Notes under the pieces: model-generated
Seen by the model: the letters and a program-made list of their open reading frames with translations, nothing else
Databases searched by the model: none
What the model was told of the DNA's origin: nothing
Translations under genes and position numbers: made by a program
NCBI GenBank assembly: GCA_013265495.1
Contig: MU057989.1
Span: 945,513 to 1,009,512 of the forward strand
Direction: 5' to 3'
DNA length: 64,000 nt
Source of the DNA: Vicugna vicugna
Lineage: Eukaryota
In this document: one piece after another, positions 13,341 through 27,494 of the stretch
How the letters are laid out: every line of letters begins with the position of its first letter
Numbering within the stretch: the stretch's first letter is position 1

Positions 13341-14304
13341 CTTACTGGGGAGGCCTGTTCTTCGCGTGAATTGCTCATCTCTATTAGCAGATCTGGAATA
13401 TTCTTCCAAGTTGTCCTGCTCCAGGGCGTGCCACAGAGAACTGTTCGTTGGCAAGAAAATTACATTTTTTTAAAAACAGGAAATTTATCAGAACAAAGTC
13501 AAAGAATTTCCTACACTAATGTAATGTGAGGAGAGTCACAACGAAGACACGGAGACACTATAAAATCCCGACTCAAAAAGATCCAGTTTCGTTCAGAGTT
13601 ATTTTCATGTAGAGTGCTTTACGTATTTTACAATTTTAGAACCAGGGACCCATCACTGACGTTGCTTAATACCGTGGCCTCCCTAACGCAGAACACCCCA
13701 GAAAAACCCAACCGCCAAACACATTTTGAAGTAAGATGTCATCTTGCTGTTCTGAATACTTAAAATATTTCCTTTTGAGAAACTTGAGTCAGTTTTTGCA
13801 AAATGTCTTTCCCATGTTACCAGTGATTTTTCTCCTTCCCCGTTGTATTTTAGAAATTTCTGCAACTAACACTTACTTGCTAGTCTCTGAGTCAGACCCT
13901 GGAAATAAACAAACAAACAAGAAAAACAATAAACCGGAGGAAACTGTCCCTACCCCTAGGAAATTCACCATCTAATGGGGAGGAAAAAAGGTATATAGAT
14001 AACACCAGGACACAACCCCTGTGTGCTTGGCGATTTTATGGAAACGTGTGCTCAGTGGACGCGCAAAGGAGCAATTAAGTTTTACAGTTTGTGTGATGAA
14101 AAATTTCAAACACAAACAAAAGTAAAAAGAATAGTATAATATATCCTCTCTACCTGTCACCCACTTAACATATCACCAATCTTCCTTCATCTATGCCTCA
14201 CCATCTTGCTGGGTTATTTGTTTTTTTCACAGAGGTTTTTTTTTTAAATGACTCATCTTTTTATTTCCTATATCACTTATCATTTATCAGTACTTTTTTG
14301 CATT

Positions 14305-15820
14305 CTTTTTTTTATTGAAGTATAGTCAATTTATAATGTATCAATTTCTGGTGTACAGCATCATGGTTCAGTTGTACATACACTGGCTTTCATATTCTTT
14401 TTAACCATAAGTTACTACAAGAGAGTGAATATAGTTCCCTGTGCTATACAGTAGAATTTGATGTTTATCTATTTTATGTATAGTACTTAGTATCTGCAAA
14501 TCTTGAACTTTGAATTTATCCCTTCCTATCCCCCCTGGTAACCATAAGTTTGTTTCCTACGTCTGTAAGTCTGTTTCTGGTTTGTAAGTAAATTCATTTA
14601 TGTCTTTTTTTTAGATTCCACATATAAGTCATATCATATGGTATTTTTCTTTCTCTTTCTGGCTTACTTCACTTAGAATAATGGTCTCCAGGTCCATCCA
14701 TGTTGCTTCAAATTGCATTATTTTATTCATTTTAACGGCTGAGTAGTATTCCATTGTATAAATATACTACAACTTCTTTATCCAGTCATTTATAGGTGTT
14801 TATAGTGTAATTAAGGTGTAGTTACCAACCATAAAATTCACCCACTTTATATGTATAACTCAGTGATTTTCAGTAAGTTAATAGTTGTGAAACCATCATT
14901 TCTACTCTCTCCCAAATTTTGCTCATGACTATTTGCAGTCATTCCTCATTCTCATTCCCTGCCCTCAGCCACCACTCATCTTCTGTCTCTATTGATTTGC
15001 CTCTTTCTGGACATTTCATATCAATGGAAGTGTATGTGGTCTTTTGTGTCTGGCTTCTCTCACTAAACATGGTGTTTTCAAGATTCATCTGTGTTGTAGC
15101 ATGTCAGTTCCTTTTTCTGGCTGAACAATACTCCATTGTATGGATGGGCCACATTTTCCTTGTCCATTATGAGTTGATGACACATTTTTGAGTTATTTCC
15201 ATTTTGGGGGCTTTTATGAATAATGCATCTATGAACATTCACATTCAAGTGACTGTGGATGAATGTTTTCACATCTCTTTGGTAAGTACCTAGGAGTGGA
15301 ATTAGTGGATATTATGGTATGTGCAATGCTTAACATTTTTATTTCTATTTTATTTTTTTGAGCTTATAGTTCCTTCTTTTTAAAATTGTTTTGTTTTGTT
15401 TTGGGTTCTTTTTTGGGTGGGTAACTAGGCTTATTTACTTATTTATTTACTTAATGGAGGTACTGGGGGTTGAGCCCAGGACCTCACGCATGCTAAGCAT
15501 GTGCTCTACCACTGAGGTATACCCTTACCCTTGCTTAACATTTTTAAAAAACTGCCAATTTTTTTTCCCTCAAGGTGGCTGTACCATTTTAAATTCCCAT
15601 CAGCAATGTATAATGATTCCAGCTTCTCCACATCTTTGTCGACACTTGTTAATTTCCTTTTGATTACAGCCCTTCCAGTGGGATTCATGTAGTGGCATCT
15701 AACTGCAGTTTTAATTTACATTTCCCTAACGAGTGATCATGTTGAATAGCTTTTGCTCGGCTTATTGGCCATTGGCCTATTTTTTGTTGAAACGGCCATT
15801 CAAATGTTTTGTCCATTTTG
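14305..15820 (-). mobile_element. LINE-1 3' end fragments (younger artiodactyl-type about 14305-14790, older L1M about 14800-15820)
   Basis: ggctgagtagtattccattgtata; ttagattccacatataagt; ggctgtaccattttaaattcccatcagcaatgta. Confidence 0.75.
15341..15531 (-). mobile_element. Vic-1-like SINE
   Basis: 14-bp target-site duplication tgcttaacattttt at 15327-15340 and 15532-15545. Confidence 0.85.
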
Positions 15821-16139
15821 AAGAATGAACTTTTAATTGTATTACTGTTTTAGGTTTACAGCAGAATTGTGAAGAGAGTACAGACTGTCCGTATTCTTCA
15901 CACCTAGTTATGCTAACATCTGACGTGACTCAAGTCCACGCTGTGTTCAGATGTCCTTAGTTTTTACCTAATGCCCTTTAATGTCGCATCCAGGACACCA
16001 TATTACATTTAGTTGTCATGTCTCCTCAGGCTCCCCTTGGCTGTGACAGTATCCCAAGCTGTTTTCTTCTTTTTTAACCTTGACTTTTGATAACCTTAGC
16101 AGTTCTGGGGAGGACTGGTTAGTTATTTTGTAGAATGTC

Positions 16140-16291
16140 CCCCCCTTTTTTTTAAGGGCATGACTTAATTTGTGAGGGTGGGTAATTATGTTTATTTATT
16201 TATTATTTTATTTAATAGAGGCACTGGGGATTGAACCCAGGACCTCATGCATGCTAAGCATGTGCTTTACCACTGAGCTCTACCCTCCCCC
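16140..16291 (-). mobile_element. Vic-1-like SINE
   Basis: Target-site duplication tagaatgtc at 16131-16139 and 16292-16300. Confidence 0.85.
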
Positions 16292-16385
16292 TAGAATGTC
16301 ACTTAACTGGGATTTGTCAGATGTTTTTCTCATGATTGGAATGGGGTGATGGGTTTCTGAGTGGAAGACCTGAGAGGTAAAGGGA

Positions 16386-16770
16386 TGTTTGATCTGCTCT
16401 GGCTGCTGTAACAAGTACCACAGACTGGGGGGCTTAAACAGCAGAAATTTATTCTTTCACAGTCTGGAGGCTGGAAGTCTAAGCTCATGATGTCAGCAGG
16501 GCTGGTTTCTTCTGAGCCCCCTCTCCTTGCTTGAGAGATGGCCGTCCTCTCCCTGTGTGCTCACATGGTCTTCCCTTGTGCCTGTCCCTGTCCTCATCTC
16601 CTCTTCTTACAAGGAGACTAGTGATATTGGATTAGGGCCCATCCCAATGACCTCACTTAACCTTAATCACCCCCTTAAAGATTCTCTCTCCACATGCAGT
16701 CACATTCTGAGGTCCTGGGAGTTAGGTTTTCAACACATGAATTTGGGGGGGGACACGATTCATCCCATGA
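16386..16770 (-). mobile_element. MaLR solo LTR (MLT1-type)
   Basis: ggctgctgtaacaagtaccacagactggggggcttaaacagcagaaatttatt...ggaggctggaagtc...atgaatttgggggggacac. Confidence 0.75.
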
Positions 16771-17912
16771 GTACCATTCTTATCATCTCAAGGGCTGAGG
16801 CTATCAACCATTTACCACTGTTGACTTATCACCTAGGTCACCAGGCTGAGGTATGTTGGTCGGGTTTCTCCACGGTAAACGTATTCCTTTCTTTCCCTTT
16901 TCCATGCTTCTGCTGCTTGGAAAGAAGTCACCAAATGCAGCCCACACTTAAGGAATGGGGATCACATTCCATAAAACTCTTAGAAGAAATACAGGGGTGA
17001 ATCTTTGTGACCTCAGTGTTGGCAAAAGAATCTTAGACATGACACTAAAAGCACAAGCCACAAAAAGAAAAATAGATAAGTTGGACTTAATCAAAATGAA
17101 AAACTTCTATCAATGGATATCATATATCTATCAATGGATATCAAGTGAAAATACACCCTATAGAATGGCAGAAAATATTTTCAAATTATATATCTGATAA
17201 GGGTCTAGTATCCAAAATATATAAAGAACACAACTTAACAACAAAAAGACTAAATGCTAGATTTTACAAATAAACACTGTAATAAAGACCCTCATGCACA
17301 AGACATTTTGCATATCTGAGCAGATCTGCAGAATCCTTTTCCAGAAGGGTGTGGGCTTTTCTAATTTTGACAACTGTTGCCAATTTGCTGTCCATAGAGG
17401 GTGTCCCAGTTTATATCCACATGATAATTTACTTCCAAACCTACTCTGAGATCTGCCAACACTGACAAGAATGCCCAATGCAACATAATTCGTAAGAGCT
17501 CCAAACTGGAAATGACCCAGTGACCCTCAGCAGGAGGATAGAGAAATAAATCGTGATCTTGGCACACAACGGAATACTATAAAGTAATGAAAAGGACAGA
17601 GTTCTGCTACCCATGAGGCAGAGGAATCTCACAGGCATGTCAGCGTCTGAAAGAAGCCAGAGACAGAACAGTGCTTCCTGCAGGATTCCACTGAGATGAA
17701 TCAACCGTGAGGTTAAAAGGAAGAAGCAACCGACGATGACAGAGATCAAAACAGTGGTTCAACTCATATGGTGGGGGCTTTGACTACATGGGCACAAGAC
17801 TGTCCCCTGAGCTGTTCAAAATGTCTGAGACCTTGATCGGTGACAGGTACATAGGTGCACACGTACACAAGCAGCCCCATGGCAGACCCTGTGTCTCTGT
17901 CCAGTCTGGACC

Positions 17913-18085
17913 CAGCTGTCGGTTCCAGACGTCAGGAGGGGAGGCTTGTAGCCCCCTCGGGCATCCAGGGCTCCTCCTGCAGCTCAAAGGAGCTGGACAG
18001 CTGCTGTCTCGCTGTGCCCTCCTCACCTCCCCCTGCCCGGACCTCCTCTGCCCCAGCTGTGAAGCAGCTGCCTGGTTATTTATAG
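17913..18085. promoter_or_regulatory. MEF2/TATA-like site plus four CAGCTG E-boxes (muscle-type module)
   Basis: CTATAAATAA (minus, 18076-18085) fits YTAWWWWTAR; CAGCTG at 17913, 17998, 18054 and 18065. Confidence 0.5.
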
Positions 18086-18981
18086 CCTCAGGCTCCGCAT
18101 GAAAGCAGCCTCATCCAGTGGCTCCTTCCTCCCGCCTTCAGCTCTGCTCCCCAGCCGCTCTCTCCCCCCTACTCCAAGCTTGAATGTTTCTGGAACATTC
18201 CAGGTCCCACTGCGGGGCCACATGTCACTGTGGTGGTGGTGGTGGGTGGGTCTCCCTGATGGAGCCAGTTCCTGGGGCTCAACTCTCCTGAAGTGGCCTC
18301 AACTCTCTAAAGGGCTTTGGGTGAGGAGAGGGAACTGCTTTCTCACCAGACTCAGGCCAGGCCCTGGGGTCTCAGGCACTCAGTGGCCAGGCCATCTCTC
18401 TGGGTGAAGGGGCACCTACTTGGAGGCCAAGGTCCCTTCCTGGGAAGAGCGACAGTGGTCCTGGCCTCTCCTCCACAGGACCTCCTGGGCCTTCTGGCTG
18501 AAGAGGCCGACCAGCCTGTCCCCGTGCTCCTCCCATCCGTGGTGCAGGACTCCTGCCCCAGCCTGCCCTGCCCTGCCCTGCCTGCCCACCCTGGGGGCCT
18601 CCGGGTTCCAGGAGAGCTTAGCCAGGCGCTGGACCCTCACCCTCAGCCCACCCCTCTTCTGGCGGGGCTTGAGGGAACCTGGAATCTTTTCTCCAAGTCC
18701 TGTTAGACCCAAATTATTCCTGCTCCTCTTCAGAAAGCCAGGACGCTCCCGCGCCCGCCACACATCGGAAGGGCGCTGTGTCGGGGCCTCACCAGCGGCA
18801 CAGGGAACAGCCAAGCCCCAGTGCCTGCCTTCCGTCGGAAGCGGGGCCCCCAGTAGGTTGTAGAGCTCCAGCCCTTCTGTACCCCAGAGGCAGGATGCTG
18901 CCTGCAGGAGACGTGTGCTGAAACCTCTTCCGGAAACGGGTTTCACAAGTCCATTTAAAAAGCGGCAAAGGTGTCCGCTAG

Positions 18982-19100
18982 TCTCCTCTCTCTCTCTCCC
19001 TCTTTCTTTTCTTTCTTTCCCCCCTCCCTCCCTTTCTTTGTTTCCTTTTTCCTTCCTTGCTTCTCTGTAACCTTCCCCCACGCTCCCTCCCTCCCTTCCT
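18982..19100 (+). repeat. Polypyrimidine low-complexity tract
   Basis: About 120 nt almost entirely C/T. Confidence 0.8.
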
Positions 19101-22100
19101 TAGTAAAGTGAAGGATCCCCTCTAACTGGAGGGAAGGTGGCTGGAGGGCCCTATCCCAGTGGACTTCCCTGGGCTCCGCGTGGCCGACAGGCTGAGTGAG
19201 GTGACCGCCCCCAGGGGCGGTGGGACTCAGAGGGGAAAGAGTCTGTTCCAGAGCAGAGGAAGCTCACCTTCTCCGTTGGGTGTTTTCAGGGACCTGTGTG
19301 CAGCTGACTGATCAGGACCCCCACCCCCGCCTCCCGCCGGGTCCGGCCGGTGCAGGGTGTGTGGGGACCAAGGAGCTATTGGCAGAAAAACAAGAGCAAA
19401 ATTAGTTTTCGTCCTTTGAGTCGGTGGCTGCCTGCCAACGACTCCTTCCAATACGAACATTCTCGTTTTCACTCTGGAAGTTCTTGTCAGGTTTACTGCA
19501 AATGAAAAGGGTGAGCAGACAGAAACAAAGTGACACTTGCTGAGCTGGGAGGATTGTTTCTAAAGCTACGGTCAAGAGCACATCCATGCGTGTGCGCCTT
19601 TCTGGGCCCTCGCTTTCCTGGGGGGTTGGACCCAAGTCAGAGACAGCCTTACTAGACGCCCAGTCTTGGGTCTCTGTGCTCGAGTGTTTCCCTGTGGGCA
19701 TGCTACGTGGGCATATGGTTGATTTACGATGAGGACCACTGTAAGCCACCACTGGAAACATCTGCAAGACAGATGGGCACTAAATCCACAAGATGATGGA
19801 GAATTCTAATGAATTTCATTGCCATCAAATTTTTATGTTCCTATAAAGCCATGACATTAAAATGACGGCCTCACAACAGACCAGAGTAATTTAATTGAAA
19901 AAAAAAAAGTCCTCCAGAAAGACTAATTGATAAATCAAAGCTCAAACTAATATCCTTTCAAAAGTTGAGAATGATATCCTTCAACTTTAACATTCATTTG
20001 CAGGTCCCTTTGGCTAGAAGAGTTGTAATATGAGATACTTCTTTTATTTTCCAGAAGGATGCCACGGCCTCCGTGTGCTGGCTGTGTATCTCCAGGGGGG
20101 GTTGGACAAGGAAGGCCAGGTCTCTGACCACACGGGGAAGGTCTGAAGTGACTGCTTCAGTCTCAAGAGAGCCACCAGGCTGGAAAGGGGTGCCTTTCCA
20201 GGGCATGAAAGAGATGCTACTTAAAGGGATGCTTTCTTATTCTCACATGAGCTTGATAACGGCAAAAAAAGAGGTGAACAATATTTCCTTCATGGACCAA
20301 AAAATTTAGCCATCAGGGCATTTGTTAATATGCACATTTAAACACCTATCTCCCCGCCTCCCCTGCTCATTGCTAGGTGGCTGGGACAGTAAGAACTTTC
20401 TCTTTTTAGATAGTTGCTCTGCATTTAAAAACCAAAAAAGCCCAGTCTCTTCCCAGGAGGAGTGCAGCTTCTCTTTGTAGTGTGTTTGCTAACCAGCTTC
20501 ACACACCTGTTTATCCAACACCGCTAAAAAAAGTCAAGCTCAGAGTTAAGAACAATGTATGTAACAGCTGGGGCAGGAAACCTGACCCGCCGCACGGGGA
20601 AAGCGCGTCCTCAGAATACGCCGACATCTCAGGCAACTGGCCGTCGTGCTTCTAAGTAAGAAGACTGGAAAACTGGGCCGGTGAATCAACGCTTACTTTG
20701 GATCTGTCCTATTGATCCAAAAAAAAAAAAATCACTTGGAAAAAGTGAGCCTTTCTCTTCTATTTTTGCTCCAAACAGTCCAAAAAAAAACAAGTTTTGG
20801 TTCAGTTCTGTCTGTGAGCTCAGCTCAGGGCTGAACAAACTCCAGGGAAATCACAGCAGAAGCACACAGCAGACGAGCCTCCCACCATGTTTCTGACCAC
20901 GGAGGTCCCTCTGGCCCTTTGGCATCGGGACCCCCAGGGAGAGGGCGCCTCTTTGACCTCCTTGCACATTTGCCTGTGTGCACACGTTCTGCTGGAGGAA
21001 AAAGGCTACAGAACCTTCCAGTCCCAAGAGTGGCATTCGAGGTCCTGAAGCCTTGCAGCCACTCCGTGTTCTGACACTTCTTCTCAAGCTAAGGGGAGCT
21101 GACGGTGGCCTGGCAGGAGGCAGGCTGGACTGAGGCTGCACCGCCTACCCACCCCCCTCGATTAAAATGCAGCAACCAGACTTCCACCCCTCCTCCGACC
21201 GCAGGGAGGACCCCCACCCAGTGAGCTCTGTGAATGGGCGTTACGTTAAAGAGAAGCTTCAGGAGTCTTGCAGATAAACTCATTTTCTGATTGATAATTT
21301 ATAGTAAGCACATTTTCTACTTGAACTTGTGCCACACCCAGAATAAACAAACAAAATGTGAGTTAATTATACTGTATTTTGAACTATTGCCCCAGCTTTT
21401 CTTCATCTATAGCATGACGTTTTCTCTGATACGGTAAAACATTTCAATATACAATAGATTACAAGATCTGTAGTAACGAATGAAAGATAACGTGCTTTTT
21501 ATCTATACACAGATGCAGCTTAATTGTTCACAGATACAATTCCTCCTGTTTTTGGTTGTTGACAGAACATAAGCGGTTCCTTAGATAGTTTTTCAATCGA
21601 CAATTAGGCTCCCTCCCTTTATCTGAAAGGAAGCCGAGTTCCCCTCTCAGCAGTGTGCTCATCTTCTGGAAAAGAGAAGATGGAAAGGTGGAGATGGGAA
21701 GAAGGGGTCGGGGAGGAAAAGAGGAACCATGAGCGCTTTCTAGAAAGTGCGATGATTAAAAAAGAAGACTCCCTGTGCTTCTGGAATGGAAAGATGACAT
21801 GCACTCTCCTGTGATTCCTGTTACTCCGTGACTTGCAAGGTGCAGCGCCGGGTGTGGGAGCCTGGGTCAGGTGTGTGAAAGGATGCTCATCTTCAGATGG
21901 AGCATGCGACCACCCACGGCCAAAACGCTGCTGGAACAAACCGCCATTGCCCCTTCAAGGCGATGCAGCACCCGACCTGCCAGGTCAAAGCTGTAGGGAT
22001 GGGGTGACGCTGCCGTGTCATGTTCCATCACAACTCACAGCCTCACAGAACTGGTTTTGATATGAAGGTAAGTGTGTGGATGGAGACATTGGAGCTGTTT

Positions 22101-25100
22101 AGTGATTGGATCATCTCAGGGATAGCTACATCCTAAAACTCTGCCTGTTACAGACTTTGAAATCGACACAGGGTTTCCTAGAGGATGTTAAGGCTCTGGG
22201 TTTTTTACTGGTGCTCATCCGTGTGTTACTGGTGCTTCAGTTGATGTGGGGGCGTGAAGAGGGTGTGCCCGGAGGCCCTGCCTGGCACACCCGTCTGATG
22301 GCTTGTGGTGCGGCTGCAGCTGTGGCACCCGAGGGGCTGGGCCCCTACGTTAGGTTACTGAACGCTGGGACCACAGTGTTGACATCCACTTTTCTGGGCA
22401 TTCCCAGATGGTCCTCTGCTCTGTCCCTGACTGCCCCCAAGTCCAAGGACAGCTTTGGGGATCCCAGGATCACTGGTGGGATGGGCAGGGGGGTTCTCTG
22501 GGTTCCACGCTGGTCTGAGAGTCTAGCCTGCGGCTGCCTGGGCCAGCCCAGGACTGGAGGGGTGAAGGCCCTCTCTGTGAGCCTGGATCAAGCCCAGACT
22601 CCCCACTTGCAGCTCTGGCAGCTTCTTGGGGCTAAAACCAGAAGGAATTTGCAGATGTTTTTCTGAAGGGTGGTGGGTGCCACGGGTTTGCCCGGGACCT
22701 GGTGGCAGTTTATGGTGAGGGGTTTGGAGCGTCTCAGGCTGGGCCTGTGCATGAGGCACAGACCAGAAAAAGCATCCCCAGCAGAGCGTGAAGGTCACCA
22801 GAGTCCACCAAGAAGCCAAAGAGGCACTAGGAGGGCTGGCGCCCCGCGGTGGTGCCAGGAGGCTGCCTTCTTGCACTTCCGAGGGGTGAGCGGAAGGAAT
22901 GACCAGTCTCCTGCTGGCTGCCAGACTGTCGCAGGACACGTGGGATGGGGATGCTGGTGCTGGCAGAGCACAGATGCCTGAGGGCTTGTGTTCGCAACAG
23001 TAACAGAAGCCACCCGTCAGGAGCACAGGCAAACTCTCGGAGTCCCGGTGCCCACCAAGCGGCTGGTTCACAGGAACTCGCTAGCTTTTCTCTCGGAGCA
23101 CAAAGGTCTGAGCCTGCTGTAATTCTGCCAACCAGATGGGCGGTGGCAGAAGACAAGGAAACTTGGAAATGAGACGCTGAAGGGATGGAAGTGGCCCATG
23201 GTTAAGAAAAGTGAGCTGAAGGTTTGGATCACTATCCATGTGATTCATGCAATAAATTAATTTTGTCTCACCTGAGATATTTCACACAAAAGGATGCTTT
23301 TATCCTAAGTTATCTGGATAACTGCTTTAAATCCTTTTTTTCCCCAAATAGTTTTACCTTATCTTCTTAGATTTGGAGTTTAATTGAATCAATTTCCTGA
23401 AAGTTCATACAAATCACATTCTTCAATATTAAAAAACAACCAACCAACCAAATCCAAAAGCTCTCCAGATATCACAGTAGATTAGGACCTTGAGAAGTCT
23501 TTGGAAGTCCTTGACTAAAATTTTTGGAAAGTACAACACATCATGCAATTAACAACAGAACTAGGAGACTAAGGACAACGTTTAGCCACGTTCTCCTGTG
23601 CTAAATGAACACTCTAAGCATATCTGTGATGCCGCCAGAAGTCTTTACTGTTGAGCAAGAAGAGAGATTGTTCTGGCAAATCAAAATTACCAAAGAAACG
23701 TTTCACCAACCTACCACGTTGTAGACCTCCTTCTAAAAAGCAAACTATTGGCTTCCTTGGTCCTTTGTAAATAGTCAACAAAATCGTTTTTTTACCCAAG
23801 ATCCCCAAATTGGCGTGGAAATTGTAAATTATGCTCTATGATATTTCAAGTTAAGTGACCAAGGAATATTTAGGACTTTTCCCCCTCAAATACTACCCTG
23901 AAATTCTGGAGATGTACAGGTGTATAAGGGCATTTAAAAAAAACTACTGAACATTATACATAATAAACATTTTATGGTGTAATCAACAGTTGGGGGGAAA
24001 AAAAACCTGACCTTGTGTTAAAGGTATACAATCTACTTCTGTTACTTAGCAGGACGTGCAGGTTCCCGACATAATCTGTTTCTCACCAATCATTCTGAAG
24101 GCATCGGCGTGTTACAAATCTTGTCTCAATTCCCTGATGGTCTTGGTCAGCACACGGGACAAGTCCACATGGACATCTGAGTAACTGCACTTCTCCAGTC
24201 CAAGCAGACATTAGACAATAACTTAAACCTTCCACACGTAATCCAAGTAGCTGGTCTTACAAGAAGGGGACAGGGAGAGAACGGAAGACATGTTTGTCTT
24301 GGCGGTCACTTGCTGTACATGTGGTCATTATACTGAACATGTATAATGCTCAGAAGTTTTTTAAATGCCCTGCTGTCTGATCTCACAATTTAAATGCACA
24401 ATGTCCCATTCCACCACCTGGATGCTGTGTTCTTTCCTTGCAAAGGACGGGAGCTGCCAAGACGGGAGATGGTTTGGCTTTGGCAGCAGGCGCCGTCTTC
24501 TGGCTACGTAGCTGGGAACCCCTGGCAACAACTGGCGGAGCGGGGACCAGCCGCTCGGCTACGTTGAACCTGAGCCTTGAATCTGTTGTACAGAAAAAGA
24601 CACCTCTGCTTTCAGTGAGGCATCATGAGGACAGAAGGGGTTCCAGATGTTCTGAATGTCTTGGAAGAAGGCTGCTTTATGTGCTGAGGCATATTGGCAT
24701 GTGGGAGAACTGAATTTAGCAGCTTAAGAGTTACTTTCTTTAAATCAACAGTGTCTGCTCATCGTGTTGCTGTGGGTCTCTGTATTCCTCAAGTTTGGGA
24801 GTCAGGTGGCCCAGCACTGAAACTTTCTTGGGAGGTTAAAGGTGATGGTGGGATGCGGGGGACGGGGCCACAAGTGGAGAGGAGGGAGGCACAAGTGTCC
24901 TTGGAGAGGAGTGGCTGTCCAGGGACAGAGACCAGAGCTGGGGAGGCCGGGAAGCTGTGGAGAGTTCGAGATGGCGGCCCTAAGAAGGGAGGGCGTGGGG
25001 AGCCACTGAGGTCTGCCTTGGGTGCGAGGATGTCTACGCCCAAAGGAGCCTGAGGGGTGTGTGTGTGTCCACATCACTCCCATCCTGCTCCTTTCCCCAG

Positions 25101-27494
25101 AATCACATGGACAAGTCTGAGCAGTTCCTCCTTTCTGATATCATTCCTCACCCTTCCAACCTAGAGGGCAGGAATTCTGTTTGCTGAGAAGATCAAGAAG
25201 GTCAAAAGAAGACAGAGGAAGTGCAGGTCCGAGAAGACTGCTGCCCGCCGGCAGCCGGCACAGAAAGGTGAGGGGCTGGCCGAGACCCTGGTCCTCTGAC
25301 CACCAGCCGTTCTCCCGGAGACAGACACGGCAGACGCCTCACTGGGCGTGTTACTCCCGAGAGGCTCCCAGCAGCCCGACCAGTGCGAGCCCGTGCCTCG
25401 TTCTGCTCAGCTCTGAGCCTGTGCTGGGACCCCAGTCATCATCAGGAGAGGATTGTTTTAGAAATAAAAATGTATGACCACGTGTGTTGGAGGGACCAAC
25501 ACAATATTGGTCCTCATCTGTTGCTCTTTCTTGAGAGTGAATACTTCATAAGACCACGAACATGAAAATAATCTAACGGGCTACAGATGACATCAAGGAA
25601 GCCACTCTTCAAAAAAGTCAACAAGGACAGGGATATCTGAAATTCCCTTCAGCTTCCTGTTGGAATTCCTAACGGTAGAGCCATCACAAAAAAACAGTAT
25701 CTAATCACAGCTGCTAGTCAGATCTTCTCAAGCATCCCAGCATTGTAACCACCTAAGTAAAAGGAGCTCTGGCACGGAGTAGGTCCTCAGTAAACACTGC
25801 CTGAACATTACTTCTCCGTTGAAAAGAATCCAACTAACTTTGTCTTTATATTGAAAAGTCCTTTGAATGGCTCTCCAGATGTACTGAGGCAGCTCCGACA
25901 CTAAACTCTAAACTACAGTTGGATTGGAAATGCGTATATAAATAAGTAGCATTGACCTGTTTAATCACGTTTCCAATGGAGAGTCTAGAAATGCTTGGAA
26001 ACCTCACTAGCAGAGAGTTATCATTAAAAATCACCACTCCAGGTCATGGGTATTTGATTTGGATCCAGGAACACTGAGTAGGTTTATTTTTAATGTGCTT
26101 TTTTTTTTTCCTGGAGAAAGGAGCCACAACTTTCATAAAGTTATCAAAGGTTTTGGGAGCCCCCTGCAAGAAAGGTTAAGAATGGCTGCTGTCGATGACT
26201 GAGATTTCAGGAGGCAGATGGCTCAATGCATGACTGCGTAATTCCTTCCTCCTTCTGATTTCCAGGCCCAGCAGGAATCTGAGAATTCCCCAAGCTTAAG
26301 TTACTCTACTATACAGTAATAACTCTTCAGAGCCATGTTATAAACACACACACACACGAATGTTTTACAAAGGAACAGCATAAAAATAGACGTGGGGAGA
26401 TTTTGAGGTTATGCGTACATGGTGTGCAAGTGTGTACTTTTTCTTAATCACTTCCTCTCACTTATCTCTTTCCCAGTTAGCTTCCTCTCCCTGGCACTTG
26501 GGATCTATTCCAGGCGGCCACAGTGATAGGCTCCCACGGCAGAGAAAAGCAACCACGTGCGAAAGAGGTTTTAGATGAAAGAGAAACCACAAATGCTAAG
26601 TCCTGAGGCTTACTGCAAAAATTAGAGGCTGCCCTTCCTAACTGAGAAACGCTCTGAAGTCCCCGCGGGGCCCCTTTTCAATAGAGAGACCTTTGACGCA
26701 GCAAGGGCCGCTGTTCCCTGATCTCCTGAGACGTTCCTAGGGATGCTTGCAGCGCAGACTCGGAGGAAAGAGAGCCCTCGTCAACAAGTAATGTCCTCAA
26801 TGGCACCAGCTTCCAGCAGAGAATCTCCTAGAAGTGGGATGGACACGGCCTGGGGCCACATTTGCCTCTCCCTTCGCTGAGTCAACAAAAGGATCCTGTG
26901 CTCTCAAGTTGCACCTAAATACTGGACTCGCCGGGAGAGACCCTGGGTGGGGGGGGGCGCTCTAATGTCTAGCAGAGCTGTGGTTTGGCTCCGGACCTGG
27001 CGGTGTTGTGAATCTCTGTGACAGGACAGATGGCATGTGTGTTTTTCTGGGAAGATGCTTTGTGACTTTAAACAGATTGCAAGATGGGTTTGTGACTCCC
27101 CCTTGATACGGGCAACCCAGGAACTCTGCGGGAGAGGCTACATAGGTGTATCTTTTCAGAAAACTTATTTCATTTTCTCAGTTAATTCCTTCTCTTAATA
27201 TTGTGGGGGGAAAACTAGAAAGCCTAGTAAAACTGAGATGTGGTTGCAAGCAAAATTTGTCCTGTAACCTGCTTTTGCTAAGTTTCACGTAAAAATAAAT
27301 ACTTCTAACTGTAGCAAGTATGTCCATTAAAAACTCACACACACACAAACAACAGGGTTTTAAGTTGCCTTGTTTTCAAAATCTCGATGTGCAACAACTA
27401 CAAATCCTCCTGTTCTGGCCACAAATGGCAGGGAACCAGGGATGCTCGAACCTCTGGCGCGGTACCGATCTTGTTAATGAGGAAATACAAGGCA

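Noticed and set aside
12658..13473. 271-aa ORF across the CpG island
   Set aside because: Stop-poor because of GC content; low-complexity Arg/Gly/Pro/Ala composition, TTG start, begins inside a MER5-like repeat.
17108..17143. 15-bp direct repeat tatcaatggatatca (a similar short duplication near 10368-10420)
   Set aside because: Local slippage duplications inside L1 debris; only two units, not a CRISPR-like array.
18416..19081. 221-aa minus ORF and a ctaacag acceptor at 18700
   Set aside because: Starts in a low-complexity purine tract; the acceptor lacks a pyrimidine tract; no recognisable protein.
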